Assembly: GCA_049366815.1 (NCBI GenBank)
Contig: JBMNCO010000161.1
Coordinates: 14,658-78,657, forward strand
Source: Desulfatiglandales bacterium
GTDB lineage: Bacteria > Desulfobacterota > DSM-4660 > Desulfatiglandales > HGW-15
Direction: 5' to 3'
Length of the DNA stretch: 64,000 bases
Position numbers and translations under genes: made by a program. Below the pieces are notes generated by a model. It ran no database searches. It was not told the origin of the DNA and worked only from the letters and a program-made list of their open reading frames with translations. This document shows positions 39,548 to 49,323 of the stretch, in pieces. Numbering within the stretch: position 1 is the first letter of the stretch; each line of letters opens with the position of its first letter.

Positions 39548-40687
39548 TCAGAGGAGTGTCCGTGATATAATGGTTTTTTCCATTTCCTTGGTGCCCTCGT
39601 AGATCTCCAGGATCTTGGCGGCCCTGTAAAGCCGATTCACCGGATAATCATCAATATAACCATATCCCCCGTGCATCTGGAGGGCCTCGTCCGCGCAGCG
39701 AACCGCGGTTTCGGCTGCAAACCATTTGGCCATCGCGATCAGGCCATGGTCGATAATACCGTTATCAACCGCCCAGGCCGCCTCATAGTATAGATTTCGT
39801 GCGGCCCGGATACGGGTGGCCATCTCGGCGAGCTTGAATTGCGTCACCTGAAAGGAGGCCAGAGGGACCTGGAACTGCCTGCGCTCCTTGGTATGACGGA
39901 TAGACTCTTGAAGTGTGGCGCGGGCCAGCCCCACCGCCTCTGCCGAGACATGAAGGCGCGTGCGGTTGAAAAAGGACATCAGGTCCTTGAACCCGTTTCC
40001 CTGCTGGCCCAGCATGTTTGAAAGCGGAACGCGGACATCGACGAGGGAGATTTCGGCCGTATCCGACGCGCGAATACCCATCTTTCCGTGTATTTTGGTT
40101 GAATTGTATCCCTTTGATGCCGTAGGGATCAGGATAAAACTATAGCGATCGTGACGGGAAGGATTATCCGGGTCAGTCATGCAAAAGGTGAGCATGTAAT
40201 CGGCTACGTTTCCGGCCGTTGCAAACATCTTGGACCCGTTGATGACCCACTCGTCACCGTCCCTGACCGCAGTGGTGGTGGCGCTCGTTACATCACATCC
40301 GGCATCTGGTTCCGTGATGGCCGTTCCCATCATCGCCTCGCCCGATACCAGTTTTGGGAGTATAAATTTCTTCTGCTCCTCTGTCCCGTTCAAAAGGATC
40401 AGCTCAGATCCAAATGTCGTACACAATACGGCATGGGCGATTCCCGGGTCCACCGCCCAGAATTCCTCATTGATCAGGCAGAATTCAAAAAAACCCATGC
40501 CGGCACCGTCATACTCCTCAGGGATAAAAACGCCTACGAATCCGAGTTCACAGGCCTTTTCCCAAACATCACGGGGAAATTTTTCCTCCCGGTCACATTC
40601 CAAGGCCCGATCCGTAAATTCACCCTGGGCAAATTCCCGCGCTGCTGCAATGATATCTTTTTGTTCTTTGGTCAGGTTAAAGTCCAT
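39548..40687 (-). CDS. Acyl-CoA dehydrogenase (cassette 1)
   Basis: ACAD motifs: AITEPDAGCDV, the catalytic-base region ILEIYEGTKEM, and QMHGGYGY. GAGGAG lies 7 nt upstream of ATG 40687. Confidence 0.9.
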   Translation of the reverse strand: MDFNLTKEQKDIIAAAREFAQGEFTDRALECDREEKFPRDVWEKACELGFVGVFIPEEYDGAGMGFFEFCLINEEFWAVDPGIAHAVLCTTFGSELILLNGTEEQKKFILPKLVSGEAMMGTAITEPDAGCDVTSATTTAVRDGDEWVINGSKMFATAGNVADYMLTFCMTDPDNPSRHDRYSFILIPTASKGYNSTKIHGKMGIRASDTAEISLVDVRVPLSNMLGQQGNGFKDLMSFFNRTRLHVSAEAVGLARATLQESIRHTKERRQFQVPLASFQVTQFKLAEMATRIRAARNLYYEAAWAVDNGIIDHGLIAMAKWFAAETAVRCADEALQMHGGYGYIDDYPVNRLYRAAKILEIYEGTKEMEKTIISRTLL

Positions 40688-40815
40688 TATGTTTCTCCTC
40701 AACACATTGGTTTTTAAGGCCTTGTCCCGGATGCGTCCCCTTGGTGCATTTCCCTCCCAAGTTTTGAAATCAAAACTCGACCAATGCCCTCATACCTCTT
40801 CGATTTTGCCCCCGG

Positions 40816-41787
40816 CTACTTTTCCAACTGTGCCTTCATAGCCGCTACGACCTTAAAAAGGTCCTCTACAACCCCATAATCGGCAACACGAAAAATGGGG
40901 GCTTTTTTGTCCTTATTCACGGCAATGACCGTCCCTGCCCCGCTTATTCCGGCCACGTGCTGGAATGCGCCGCTGATGCCAAGAGCCAAATAGACCTTTG
41001 GTTTCACCGATTTTCCCGATGTACCCACCTGATGGTAACTGGGCAACCAGTTCTTGTCCACGATGGGACGGGAACATGCGATCGTTCCTCCCAAAAGCTC
41101 GGACAATTCCTTTACCGCGGCAATTTTTTCCTCTTCCCCAATTCCCCTGCCGATCGAAACCAGCAATTCCGCCTGACTGATATCCACGTCCCCGGCCGCC
41201 GTATCCACAAATTCGACAAACTGTTTTCGGGCCTCCGGCAGATCAACGGGCAGATCCTTGATGACCAGTTCTCCCTGACGCTCGGGCGTGTCTTCAGGGG
41301 GGATAAAGCAACCCGGTCGGATCGAGAATAAATAACCTGCGGATTCTCGCGGGCGGACCTTTGAAAAGACTTTTCCGCTGAAAATCTGTCGAATACCGCG
41401 AGGAGGACCCTCTTCCATGACGATATTCACACAGTCGCTCACCAGAGGGTATCCGGTCTTGATCGAAAGGGCGGGAGCCAGATCCATTCCCCATGAGGTG
41501 TGCCCCATCAAAATCATATAAGGGCCTTCCTCCTGAATAAGGCTGTAAAGGACTTCCTTGTTGAGGTCCGCGCTGAAATTTTGAAGTCGATCATCCTGAA
41601 AGGATATAACCCTGTCGGCACGCGAGGTCAGTGAATTTCCAAGGGCCTGATCCTTGCCCCCCAACACGACAGCCGTCAAGGTGTGAGCTCCTTCACTGCA
41701 AAGCTCTCCGGCCTTAAAAAGCATTTCAAAAGTTATGTCCCGCACTATACCTTCCCGGTGTTCTACCACCACAAATATCGAGCTCAT
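40816..41787 (-). CDS. etfA: Electron transfer flavoprotein alpha subunit (cassette 1)
   Basis: C-terminal FAD-binding region VGTSGKSVKPKVYLALGISGAFQHVAGISGAGTVIAVNKD. Confidence 0.9.
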   Translation of the reverse strand: MSSIFVVVEHREGIVRDITFEMLFKAGELCSEGAHTLTAVVLGGKDQALGNSLTSRADRVISFQDDRLQNFSADLNKEVLYSLIQEEGPYMILMGHTSWGMDLAPALSIKTGYPLVSDCVNIVMEEGPPRGIRQIFSGKVFSKVRPRESAGYLFSIRPGCFIPPEDTPERQGELVIKDLPVDLPEARKQFVEFVDTAAGDVDISQAELLVSIGRGIGEEEKIAAVKELSELLGGTIACSRPIVDKNWLPSYHQVGTSGKSVKPKVYLALGISGAFQHVAGISGAGTVIAVNKDKKAPIFRVADYGVVEDLFKVVAAMKAQLEK

Positions 41788-42567
41788 CTAATTCACCACC
41801 CCCTTTTCTGTGAGGATTTTAATGAGTTTTTCCGCTACAGCAGAGGGATCCCCCTCCAACATTTCTGCACCGGCGGTCTCGGGCGGAAGGAAAAGCTCTT
41901 CCACAACAGTCATGGGGATGAGATCCTCGGGCGGCATTTTGAGATCTTCCAGGTTTAACACACGAAGCTCTTTCTTGCGCGCCTTTCTTATGCCCATAAT
42001 CGAAACGTAGCGGGGCTCATTGATGCCGGTCTGAATGCTCAAAACAGCGGGGCAAGAGAGCTTCGATAATTCATCGATCCCACCTTCCAGTTCCGAGCGG
42101 ACAGTCAGGTTGTATCCATCAAGTTCAAGGTTGGTGACGACAGCGGCATGGGCCGCGTCGAGGCACTGGGCCAACATGATACCCACCATCCCACAGTTGT
42201 CGTCATCGGCCTGCACCCCGGTGAACACCAGATCCGGCCCCAAATCCTCAATGACATGAGCCAGGATTTTTGCAATTACAAAACCATCCAGATCCAGTTT
42301 CCCCGGGTCAATTCGAACGGCCCTGTCCGCGCCCATGGCCAGGGCCCTTCTGAGGACCTCATCATCGTCCTCGCCCCCTATGGTAACGGCGGTCACTGTT
42401 CCTCCGAACTTCTCCTGCAGTGCAACCGCCTCTTCAACGGCATAATTGTCCCAGTCATTCACCACATAGGCCAACGTATCTCTCTTAATGTCCCTTTTGG
42501 ACGCATCAATCTCAAGGTCCACTTCCTGTGTCATGGGGACCCGTTTGACACAGACGACGATATCCAT
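41788..42567 (-). CDS. etfB: Electron transfer flavoprotein beta subunit (cassette 1)
   Basis: MDIVVCVKRVP start, a NDWDNYAVEEA-type segment, and ~260-aa size. It abuts etfA with no gap. Confidence 0.9.
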   Translation of the reverse strand: MDIVVCVKRVPMTQEVDLEIDASKRDIKRDTLAYVVNDWDNYAVEEAVALQEKFGGTVTAVTIGGEDDDEVLRRALAMGADRAVRIDPGKLDLDGFVIAKILAHVIEDLGPDLVFTGVQADDDNCGMVGIMLAQCLDAAHAAVVTNLELDGYNLTVRSELEGGIDELSKLSCPAVLSIQTGINEPRYVSIMGIRKARKKELRVLNLEDLKMPPEDLIPMTVVEELFLPPETAGAEMLEGDPSAVAEKLIKILTEKGVVN

Positions 42568-42579
42568 AAACCATACCTC

Positions 42580-44619
42580 CTATAATTTTGAGATAAAGAA
42601 TTCCATCAAATCAATGACCTTCATCTGTTCTTCCAGGCCGTCGGTTTTGATGGCGTCTTCAAAATGAATGAGGCAAAAGGGGCAGGCCGTCACGATCACG
42701 TTCGCCCCGACCTCGCGGGCCATTCCAAGACGCATGGAGGCCATCCTCATTTCTTCCTGTTCTATTTCATGCCAGAGCATGATATCCCCGCCGCCGCAAC
42801 AAAAGCTCCTGTCCCTTGAGCGGGCCATTTCCACCAGATTAAGACCCGGAATCGACCGCAGTATCCTGCGCGGTTCCTCATACACACCGTTGTGCCGACC
42901 CAGATAGCAGGGATCGTGATAGGTATAAACCTCACTTTTTTCCACGCCTTTTTCCGGCCTCAATCGTCCACTTGCAACCAAAGAGGCAAAAAACTGTGTA
43001 TAGTGGAAAACGTCAAAGTCCCCGGGATAGTCCTTTTTAAGCGTGTTGAATGCGTGTGGATCGGTGGTCACGATGCGATTGAACTGGATCCCCTTCAGGG
43101 TCTCCATGTTCTCCTCCACCAGGAGTTGAAAAAGGCCCTCTTCCCCCATGCGGCGCACCTGATGGCCGGAATCCTTTTCCAGTGGCCCAAGAATCCCGAA
43201 ATCGATACCGGCACGATTGAATCCCTGGACGATGGCCCGGGCAACGACTTGAGCCGCCGGGTCGTAAGAGGCATAGCCGTCCACAAAGTACAGGACATCC
43301 ACTTCATCACCCTCATCAAGGAGCCTCACGGGAGGAACGTCTTCCAACTCATCCAGCCATGCACCCCGCTTTGCCGCCGGCTTTCCAAAGGGATTCCCTG
43401 TCTTTTCAACCTGCATCAGGACCGTGTTGAAGGTCTTGGGGTTCTGCGCAGTCTCGATCAGATGACGGCGCATATCGACAATCTTGTCGATATATTCGAT
43501 AAAGACCGGACACTCTTCTTCACAGGCCCCGCATGTGGTACAGGACCACAATTCCTCGAAGGAGACAATGTCCCCCAGCATGGTCACCTCTTCCTCCCTC
43601 ACCTTGATATCGGCATTCTGAGAAAAAACGGGGTACTTGCGGTAGGCATGGTCTCTTAAATTGAGCGTGAGCAATTTCGGCGAAAGGGGTCTGCCGACCA
43701 TATTGGCCGGACAATTGTCGGAACAGCGCCCACACTCGGTGCAGGTGAAGAAATCGAGCATATGCTTCCAGGTAAATTCTTCAACGTTCCCGACTCCCAG
43801 GCTTTCAAGCTCTTCGATATCTTTGACACCCCACCGCGCCGGCTTGATGCCTCCCTTATTCAGGTTACGGAGAAATACATTCGGGAGCGCCGTGATGACA
43901 TGGAAGTGCTTGGCCTGGGGCAACAGATTGAGGAAAAAGAAAAAGGCCAGGAGGTGCAGCCAATAGGTCAGGTGGTGGATGCCTTGTAGGGTAGGGATGC
44001 CGGCCCCGGCCAGGACAGCAGACGCAAACCGGGTCGCGGGAAGCCATCCGGGTGCGGCATCATTCGGGTTGGATAAAAGATGCGCACTCCCTTCAAAAAA
44101 GATGTCCGTGACCATAAGGAAGAAGATCAGGAAAAGCACCAGGTAGGCCTCGCCGGTATGGCTGCCCTCATATCGAGCGGGTTTAAGAATGGCCCGTCGA
44201 AGAAACGCCCATATACAGGCAACGATCACGATCAATTCAAAGATATCTTTGAGACTGTTGTAAAATATTCCAAATCCACCCTGCAAAAGGGGACGAAAAA
44301 TCGGGATATGGAGTCCCTGGGTCACCAGGTCCATGGAACGCAGGCCGAGGACTACAAAGCCCCAGAAGATCATAATGTGGATCACACCCGCCCAAAGGTA
44401 ACGGGGCTGTCGCTTCTGGATAATACCGAATTTGATGAGATCAACCACCCGTTTCCCTACACTGTTCCAACGGGGATCTGATTGGGCCGATTTCAGCAGC
44501 ACATACCGGCGATAGATGATGTAGCAGAAAAGACCTACACCAACCAGAAAAATGAACCATGCAATAAGGTATCCGGGTATTCCAACGTACTTGGCAGCAG
44601 CGGGGTGTACGGGCAACAT
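42580..44619 (-). CDS. Membrane-bound FeS oxidoreductase (multi-TM N-terminus, two 4Fe-4S ferredoxin motifs, two CCG cysteine-rich domains; HdrD/GlpC-like)
   Basis: About 5-6 N-terminal TM helices. CTECGRCSDNCP and CTTCGACEEECP. C-terminal CYLGRH ... SFCCGGGG ... TACPFCLIH. Confidence 0.85.
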   Translation of the reverse strand: MLPVHPAAAKYVGIPGYLIAWFIFLVGVGLFCYIIYRRYVLLKSAQSDPRWNSVGKRVVDLIKFGIIQKRQPRYLWAGVIHIMIFWGFVVLGLRSMDLVTQGLHIPIFRPLLQGGFGIFYNSLKDIFELIVIVACIWAFLRRAILKPARYEGSHTGEAYLVLFLIFFLMVTDIFFEGSAHLLSNPNDAAPGWLPATRFASAVLAGAGIPTLQGIHHLTYWLHLLAFFFFLNLLPQAKHFHVITALPNVFLRNLNKGGIKPARWGVKDIEELESLGVGNVEEFTWKHMLDFFTCTECGRCSDNCPANMVGRPLSPKLLTLNLRDHAYRKYPVFSQNADIKVREEEVTMLGDIVSFEELWSCTTCGACEEECPVFIEYIDKIVDMRRHLIETAQNPKTFNTVLMQVEKTGNPFGKPAAKRGAWLDELEDVPPVRLLDEGDEVDVLYFVDGYASYDPAAQVVARAIVQGFNRAGIDFGILGPLEKDSGHQVRRMGEEGLFQLLVEENMETLKGIQFNRIVTTDPHAFNTLKKDYPGDFDVFHYTQFFASLVASGRLRPEKGVEKSEVYTYHDPCYLGRHNGVYEEPRRILRSIPGLNLVEMARSRDRSFCCGGGDIMLWHEIEQEEMRMASMRLGMAREVGANVIVTACPFCLIHFEDAIKTDGLEEQMKVIDLMEFFISKL

Positions 44620-44690
44620 GACGCTTTATCTCCTCGAGAAGAATTTCAACGTCCGCCCAAGGCGGAAACAAAACGATATCCAACAGCCGA

Positions 44691-45293
44691 TCACTCTTGC
44701 GTAGGAAGATGGTCTGCAACAACACCTTGGGTAAAAATTTCAAGAAATGATTCGGTCAATTCTTCCAGCCCGATCGTGCCCCCCTTGTGGTACCATTTAA
44801 TGGTATGGACAACCATTCCAAAGAATGCGAATGTGGCGATTGTCGGGTGGATTTTCTTCATTTTGTTCTGTGCGCTCAATTCATTCAAAATAGACATGAT
44901 CAGGTGCACGTATTCTCTTTGCTTCTTTGTGAGAACGAGACGATAATTCTCGCTCAAGGCATGCATCTCGTTGGCCAATATGGTGAGACGATCACGATCG
45001 CCGGCATAGTAACGGATATAGTAGCTCAAGACCTTGCTCAGTTTCTCTTCGGGCGAGAGATCGGCGTTACAAATCTTTTTGAGAATTGCAAGGCCTTGAT
45101 CCATGGTATCGTTCATCAGATCGTAGAGGATCTCTTCCTTGCCCTTGAAATAGTGATAGAGAGATGACTGGTTCATGCCCAAGGCCCGCCCTATCTCACG
45201 CATGGATGTCGCGTGGTACCCTTTTTCGGAAAAAAGACGGGCTACGACCTGTCGAATCTCATCCACCTTGTGCGTCTTTTTCTGTTTGTCCAT
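44691..45293 (-). CDS. TetR-family transcriptional regulator (cassette 1)
   Basis: HTH TSMREIGRALGMNQSSLYHYFKGKEEIL. ATG 45293 (MDKQKK). Confidence 0.9.
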   Translation of the reverse strand: MDKQKKTHKVDEIRQVVARLFSEKGYHATSMREIGRALGMNQSSLYHYFKGKEEILYDLMNDTMDQGLAILKKICNADLSPEEKLSKVLSYYIRYYAGDRDRLTILANEMHALSENYRLVLTKKQREYVHLIMSILNELSAQNKMKKIHPTIATFAFFGMVVHTIKWYHKGGTIGLEELTESFLEIFTQGVVADHLPTQE

Positions 45294-45313
45294 GATGATG
45301 AGTGCCCCAATCA

Positions 45314-45360
45314 AACGAACGATTGTTTAATCACTTACCATCAAGTTTTCGCCGTGTCAA
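45314..45360 (-). promoter_or_regulatory. Candidate tetR1 operator (AACGAACGATTGTTT) plus TTGACA -35 box
   Basis: The 15-mer at 45314-45328 is identical to 51948-51962 and sits 21-35 nt upstream of the tetR ATG in both cassettes. TGTCAA at 45355-45360 reads TTGACA on the minus strand. Confidence 0.4.
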
Positions 45361-45806
45361 TCCCTATTTTTGAAAAAAATAAAGGCGATTAATCGTGAGG
45401 AGCGAGTGGGTTGAGAAAGACAGGCCAATCTCAGGGATGCCGGTTCAGGATTCTGCGGAAAGGCTTTTAAACGGAGAGAGACAGTCCTTTGAGACCTCAT
45501 TTTATAGACGAACATGAAAGGTTTGTTGAATTTTTGGCGTGCGTAACAGGTCCATTCTTTGCTCTGGACACAATTTGATCAGCTACTTGGCAGCGCAACA
45601 CGGTCATCGACACGTAGACCACCACCTTGGCAGCGGAAAGCGGGAGGTGCTGGATTTTCTCGAAGCGGGCGTATTTTGTGGCCCTGTTCAGGACGGATGA
45701 AGGGCCGAAATCCCGCAGGCGAAGGTCGCCACGAATGGCGGAAGGCGTGTGGTGAAGAGGACATAACGGCCCATGTTTGGAGCGCCACATTCTTTTTTGG
45801 ACAAGA

Positions 45807-46107
45807 TTTTTTGTAACACTTTACGCTTTCGAAAATTACCCCATTCCGGAGGGACCATGGGAATCTCTTTTCAAAAACGAAAAATCGGTGCCCGGATGTC
45901 CGCACAGGAACCAGGTTTCAAGCGGACGGAGCACCACCCGGGAAAAACCATGAAAATCAAGGCCTGATAGCACCTGACATAGGTCCGCCGTCCGCTTACG
46001 CTGCCCCGGACATGTTAGTCTTTTCCATGGGCCTTCGTTTTTAAAAAGAGACTCCCATGGTCCAAATTGCCGGGCTCTTTCAACCGGCTAAACTCATACG
46101 ATTTTTT
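45807..46107. repeat. Structured inverted-repeat element, full copy 2
   Basis: Collinear with copy 1. Arms 45855-45881 and 46034-46060 are complementary at 25/27 positions. The inner helix 45920-45929 / 45988-45997 is a perfect 10 bp. Confidence 0.8.
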
Positions 46108-46188
46108 TACAATATCGCCTCAAATGTTCAGGTGAACACTCCACAATAAAGCGCATCTGTTCCGGAGTTGTATCCCGATCCGGCCCCC

Positions 46189-47331
46189 TTATCCAAGAAT
46201 TGAACGCGCTATGATGGTCTTTTCCATTTCCGTGGTGCCTTCATAGATCTCCAGGATCTTGGCATCCCGGTACAGACGCTGGACCTTTTGCTCGTCAAAA
46301 TAGCCGTAGCCCCCGTGCATCTGCAGGGCCGCATCAGCACAACGCACCGCCGTATCCGCCGCAAACCATTTGGCCATGGCAATCAGTCCATGGTCGACAA
46401 TGCCGTTATCCAAAGACCATGCCGCCTCGTAGTAAAGGTTCCGTGCCGCTCTGATCCGCGTGGCCATTTCGGCAATCTTGAACTGGGTCACCTGAAAGGA
46501 TGCCAGAGGTCTGCCGAATTGCTCTCTCTCTTTCACATGGCGGACAGACTCATTGAGTGCGGCCTGGGCGAGCCCCACCCCCTGTGCACTGATATGGCAT
46601 CTGGTCCTGTTAAAAAAGGACATCAACTCATTAAACCCTTCACCTTTCCTGCCTACCAGGTTCTTCAAGGGCGCTTTGACATTGGCAAGAGAGATTTCGG
46701 TTGTGTCCGAAGCGCGGATACCCAGCTTACCCTGCAGTTTCCTGGCCTTGAATCCCGCGCTGTCCGTGGGGACCATGATGAAGCTGTGGCGTTCGTGTCG
46801 GGAGGGGTTGTTGGGTTCGGTCTGGCAAAAGACGATCACATATTTTGCCAGACTGCCGTTCGTAGCAAACATCTTACTGCCGGTGATGGCCCATTCGTCA
46901 CCTTCCATAACGGCCTTTGTGGTCGCGCTCGTTACGTCGGAACCGGCGTTCGGTTCCGTAATGGCTGTAGCAATGATAGCCTGTCCCGAGACCAATTGAG
47001 GAAGGACCTCCTCCTTCAACTCTTCGGACCCAAAGAGCAGTAAGAGTTCAGCGCCAAAGGTAGTGGAAAGAATGGCCTGACCTATTCCCGGCTCAACTGT
47101 CCAGAATTCCTCGGTGATCAAGGAGTGTTCGAGGTACCCCATGCCTGGCCCGCCATAGGCCTCATCGATAAACACACCCACGAAACCCAGTTGGCAGGCC
47201 TTCTTCCACAATTCCAGATCAAAGGTTTCCCCTCGATCAAATTCAAGCGCCCTGTCAGGAAACTCCCCTTGGGCAAACTTTCTGGCAGCCTTGGTGATAT
47301 CCCGCTGCTCCTTGCTCAATCTAAATTCCAT
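46189..47331 (-). CDS. Acyl-CoA dehydrogenase (cassette 2)
   Basis: Paralog of 39548-40687. Shared runs include PLASFQVTQFK-AEMATRIRAARNLYYEAAW and ILEIYEGT-EMEKTII. ATG 47331 (MEFRLSKEQ). Confidence 0.9.
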   Translation of the reverse strand: MEFRLSKEQRDITKAARKFAQGEFPDRALEFDRGETFDLELWKKACQLGFVGVFIDEAYGGPGMGYLEHSLITEEFWTVEPGIGQAILSTTFGAELLLLFGSEELKEEVLPQLVSGQAIIATAITEPNAGSDVTSATTKAVMEGDEWAITGSKMFATNGSLAKYVIVFCQTEPNNPSRHERHSFIMVPTDSAGFKARKLQGKLGIRASDTTEISLANVKAPLKNLVGRKGEGFNELMSFFNRTRCHISAQGVGLAQAALNESVRHVKEREQFGRPLASFQVTQFKIAEMATRIRAARNLYYEAAWSLDNGIVDHGLIAMAKWFAADTAVRCADAALQMHGGYGYFDEQKVQRLYRDAKILEIYEGTTEMEKTIIARSILG

Positions 47332-47398
47332 CTTTCCCTGATGATCAATGGTGAACAAATGGAGATGGGGTCCTTTCAGCACGATGATTCAAAGGAGA

Positions 47399-48373
47399 TC
47401 AGGACCCTGAGGAGAATTTGTCCCTGAGCACGGGCAGAACCTGCATCAGGTCGGCGATGATGCCGTAATGGGCGAAACTGAAGATGGGCGCGCTGGAGTC
47501 CGTGTTCACAGCAATGATGGTCTCAGCCCCCTTCATACCCGCCTGGTGTTGATAGGCACCGCTAATTCCCAGGGCGATATATATCTTGGGTCGCACGGTC
47601 TTCCCGGATGTCCCCACCTGACGGCTCTTTGGGAGCCATCCTTCATCCGCCACCGGCCGTGAACAGGAAAGGGTGGCACCAATGGCATCCGCGAATTCCT
47701 GTACCACGGGAATGTTCTCCGGCTTACCGACCCCACGTCCCACGGACACAAGGATATCTGCCGCTGTGATATCCACATCCTCCAGGGCTGCTTCAAGGTA
47801 TTCGAGGAATCTGCGTCTCATGAGGCCGGAAATTTCCGGCGCCGCCATATATTCCTTTTCGGCCGATTTCGACTGTTCCCTTTCGGCATCGAATGAACCC
47901 GGCCGGACACTGATGAGGGTTTGATCCGACGGTTTCAGGGTCAGCCGCGAATGAATCTTCCCCCCATAGATCTGTCTTAGTACCTCCAGACCCTCTTCAC
48001 CAAAGTGGACATCCACGCAGTCGGTCGCCAGGGGAATGGAGAGACGGGTTGCCAGCGCAGGGGCCAAGTCCATTCCGATTGCCGTGTGACCGATCAGTAT
48101 CAATCCGGGTTTTCTTTGGTAAATAATTGCTTCCAGTGTCCCGAGGTAGGGATCAGCGTCATACCGGGCCAGGGTTTCATCCTCCACCTGCAGGATCCGA
48201 TCGCAGGCGCCCTTCAGGGCCTCCACAAGATGGGGGGCCTCGTGGCCCAGAAAGACCGTTGTTACGCCCAGGCCTTTTTCCCGGCCGATTCGGTTTGCGA
48301 GGGTCAGCATCTCAAAGGTGATCTCCCGCAACTCTCCCTGTCTGTGTTCCGCAAGCACAATAATCTCTTCCAT
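47399..48373 (-). CDS. etfA: Electron transfer flavoprotein alpha subunit (cassette 2)
   Basis: VGTSGKTVRPKIYIALGISGAYQHQAGMKGAETIIAVNTD. Confidence 0.9.
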   Translation of the reverse strand: MEEIIVLAEHRQGELREITFEMLTLANRIGREKGLGVTTVFLGHEAPHLVEALKGACDRILQVEDETLARYDADPYLGTLEAIIYQRKPGLILIGHTAIGMDLAPALATRLSIPLATDCVDVHFGEEGLEVLRQIYGGKIHSRLTLKPSDQTLISVRPGSFDAEREQSKSAEKEYMAAPEISGLMRRRFLEYLEAALEDVDITAADILVSVGRGVGKPENIPVVQEFADAIGATLSCSRPVADEGWLPKSRQVGTSGKTVRPKIYIALGISGAYQHQAGMKGAETIIAVNTDSSAPIFSFAHYGIIADLMQVLPVLRDKFSSGS

Positions 48374-49165
48374 CTAAGCCACGCCTCCTTTTTCCCGGAT
48401 GATCCGGGCGGTCCTTTCACAAATTTCATCCAGGCTCCCCTCAAGGATCTCGGCGCCTTGACCGACGGGTGGCGGGGAAAGTCGCCAGGCAGCCACGCTG
48501 GAACCTTCAGGGCCGATTTCTTCCTCAGATAATTCAAGCGCCTCTGCATCCGTTTCTCTTATCTCGATTTTTCGCACACCCCGGATGCCGGCGATGGATA
48601 CATAGCGTGGGTTATTGATTCCAGTCTGGATAGTCAACAGGGCCGGCAGGGGGACTTCCACCTTCTCCTGGGTATTTGATTCCAACTCCCGGATCACCGT
48701 CGCCCCGCCCTCTTTGATCTCGATTCCAACCACCAGGGCCGCGGAGGGGATTTTGAGGAATTCGGCCAGAATCAGCCCCACCTGTCCCCAGCCGTCATCA
48801 GAGGCCTGTGCACCCGTGAGAACAAGATCAAAGGATATGTCTTTCAGTGCCCTATAAAGCCCTCTCGCGATGCCGGCCGCGTCAGACGATTCAAAGTCTT
48901 CGCTGTCGATACGGACCGCTTCGTCCGCGCCCATGGCCAGTGCCTGCCTCAAGACATCTTCGCTGTCCTCATCTCCCAGGGTGACAACGGTTACCCTTCC
49001 TCCATGGGCCTCTTTGAGTCTGACGGCCTCCTCAACCGCGTAGTTGTCCCATTCGTTGATGTCAAACTCGAGGTCTTCCCGCTCGATGGCCAAACCGTCC
49101 TTGGTCACTTCGAGTTCAGCATCCGCCACTTCCGGGGTCTGTTTTACACATACTACGATGTTCAT
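48374..49165 (-). CDS. etfB: Electron transfer flavoprotein beta subunit (cassette 2)
   Basis: MNIVVCVKQTPE start, NEWDNYAVEEA, and it abuts etfA. Confidence 0.9.
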   Translation of the reverse strand: MNIVVCVKQTPEVADAELEVTKDGLAIEREDLEFDINEWDNYAVEEAVRLKEAHGGRVTVVTLGDEDSEDVLRQALAMGADEAVRIDSEDFESSDAAGIARGLYRALKDISFDLVLTGAQASDDGWGQVGLILAEFLKIPSAALVVGIEIKEGGATVIRELESNTQEKVEVPLPALLTIQTGINNPRYVSIAGIRGVRKIEIRETDAEALELSEEEIGPEGSSVAAWRLSPPPVGQGAEILEGSLDEICERTARIIREKGGVA

Positions 49166-49323
49166 TGAGAAATCACCTCCCTGTATCCCATGTCATGTCA
49201 TTGACTCCGCCCGTTAATTTATGTTTCAGCCTCAACAATCATATATCCTTAATCAAGCCGTACCTCGAGGCAAATGGACACCAGCCTTCGGTGATCCAAA
49301 CGGGCCCCGAGACGTTCTCTTCG

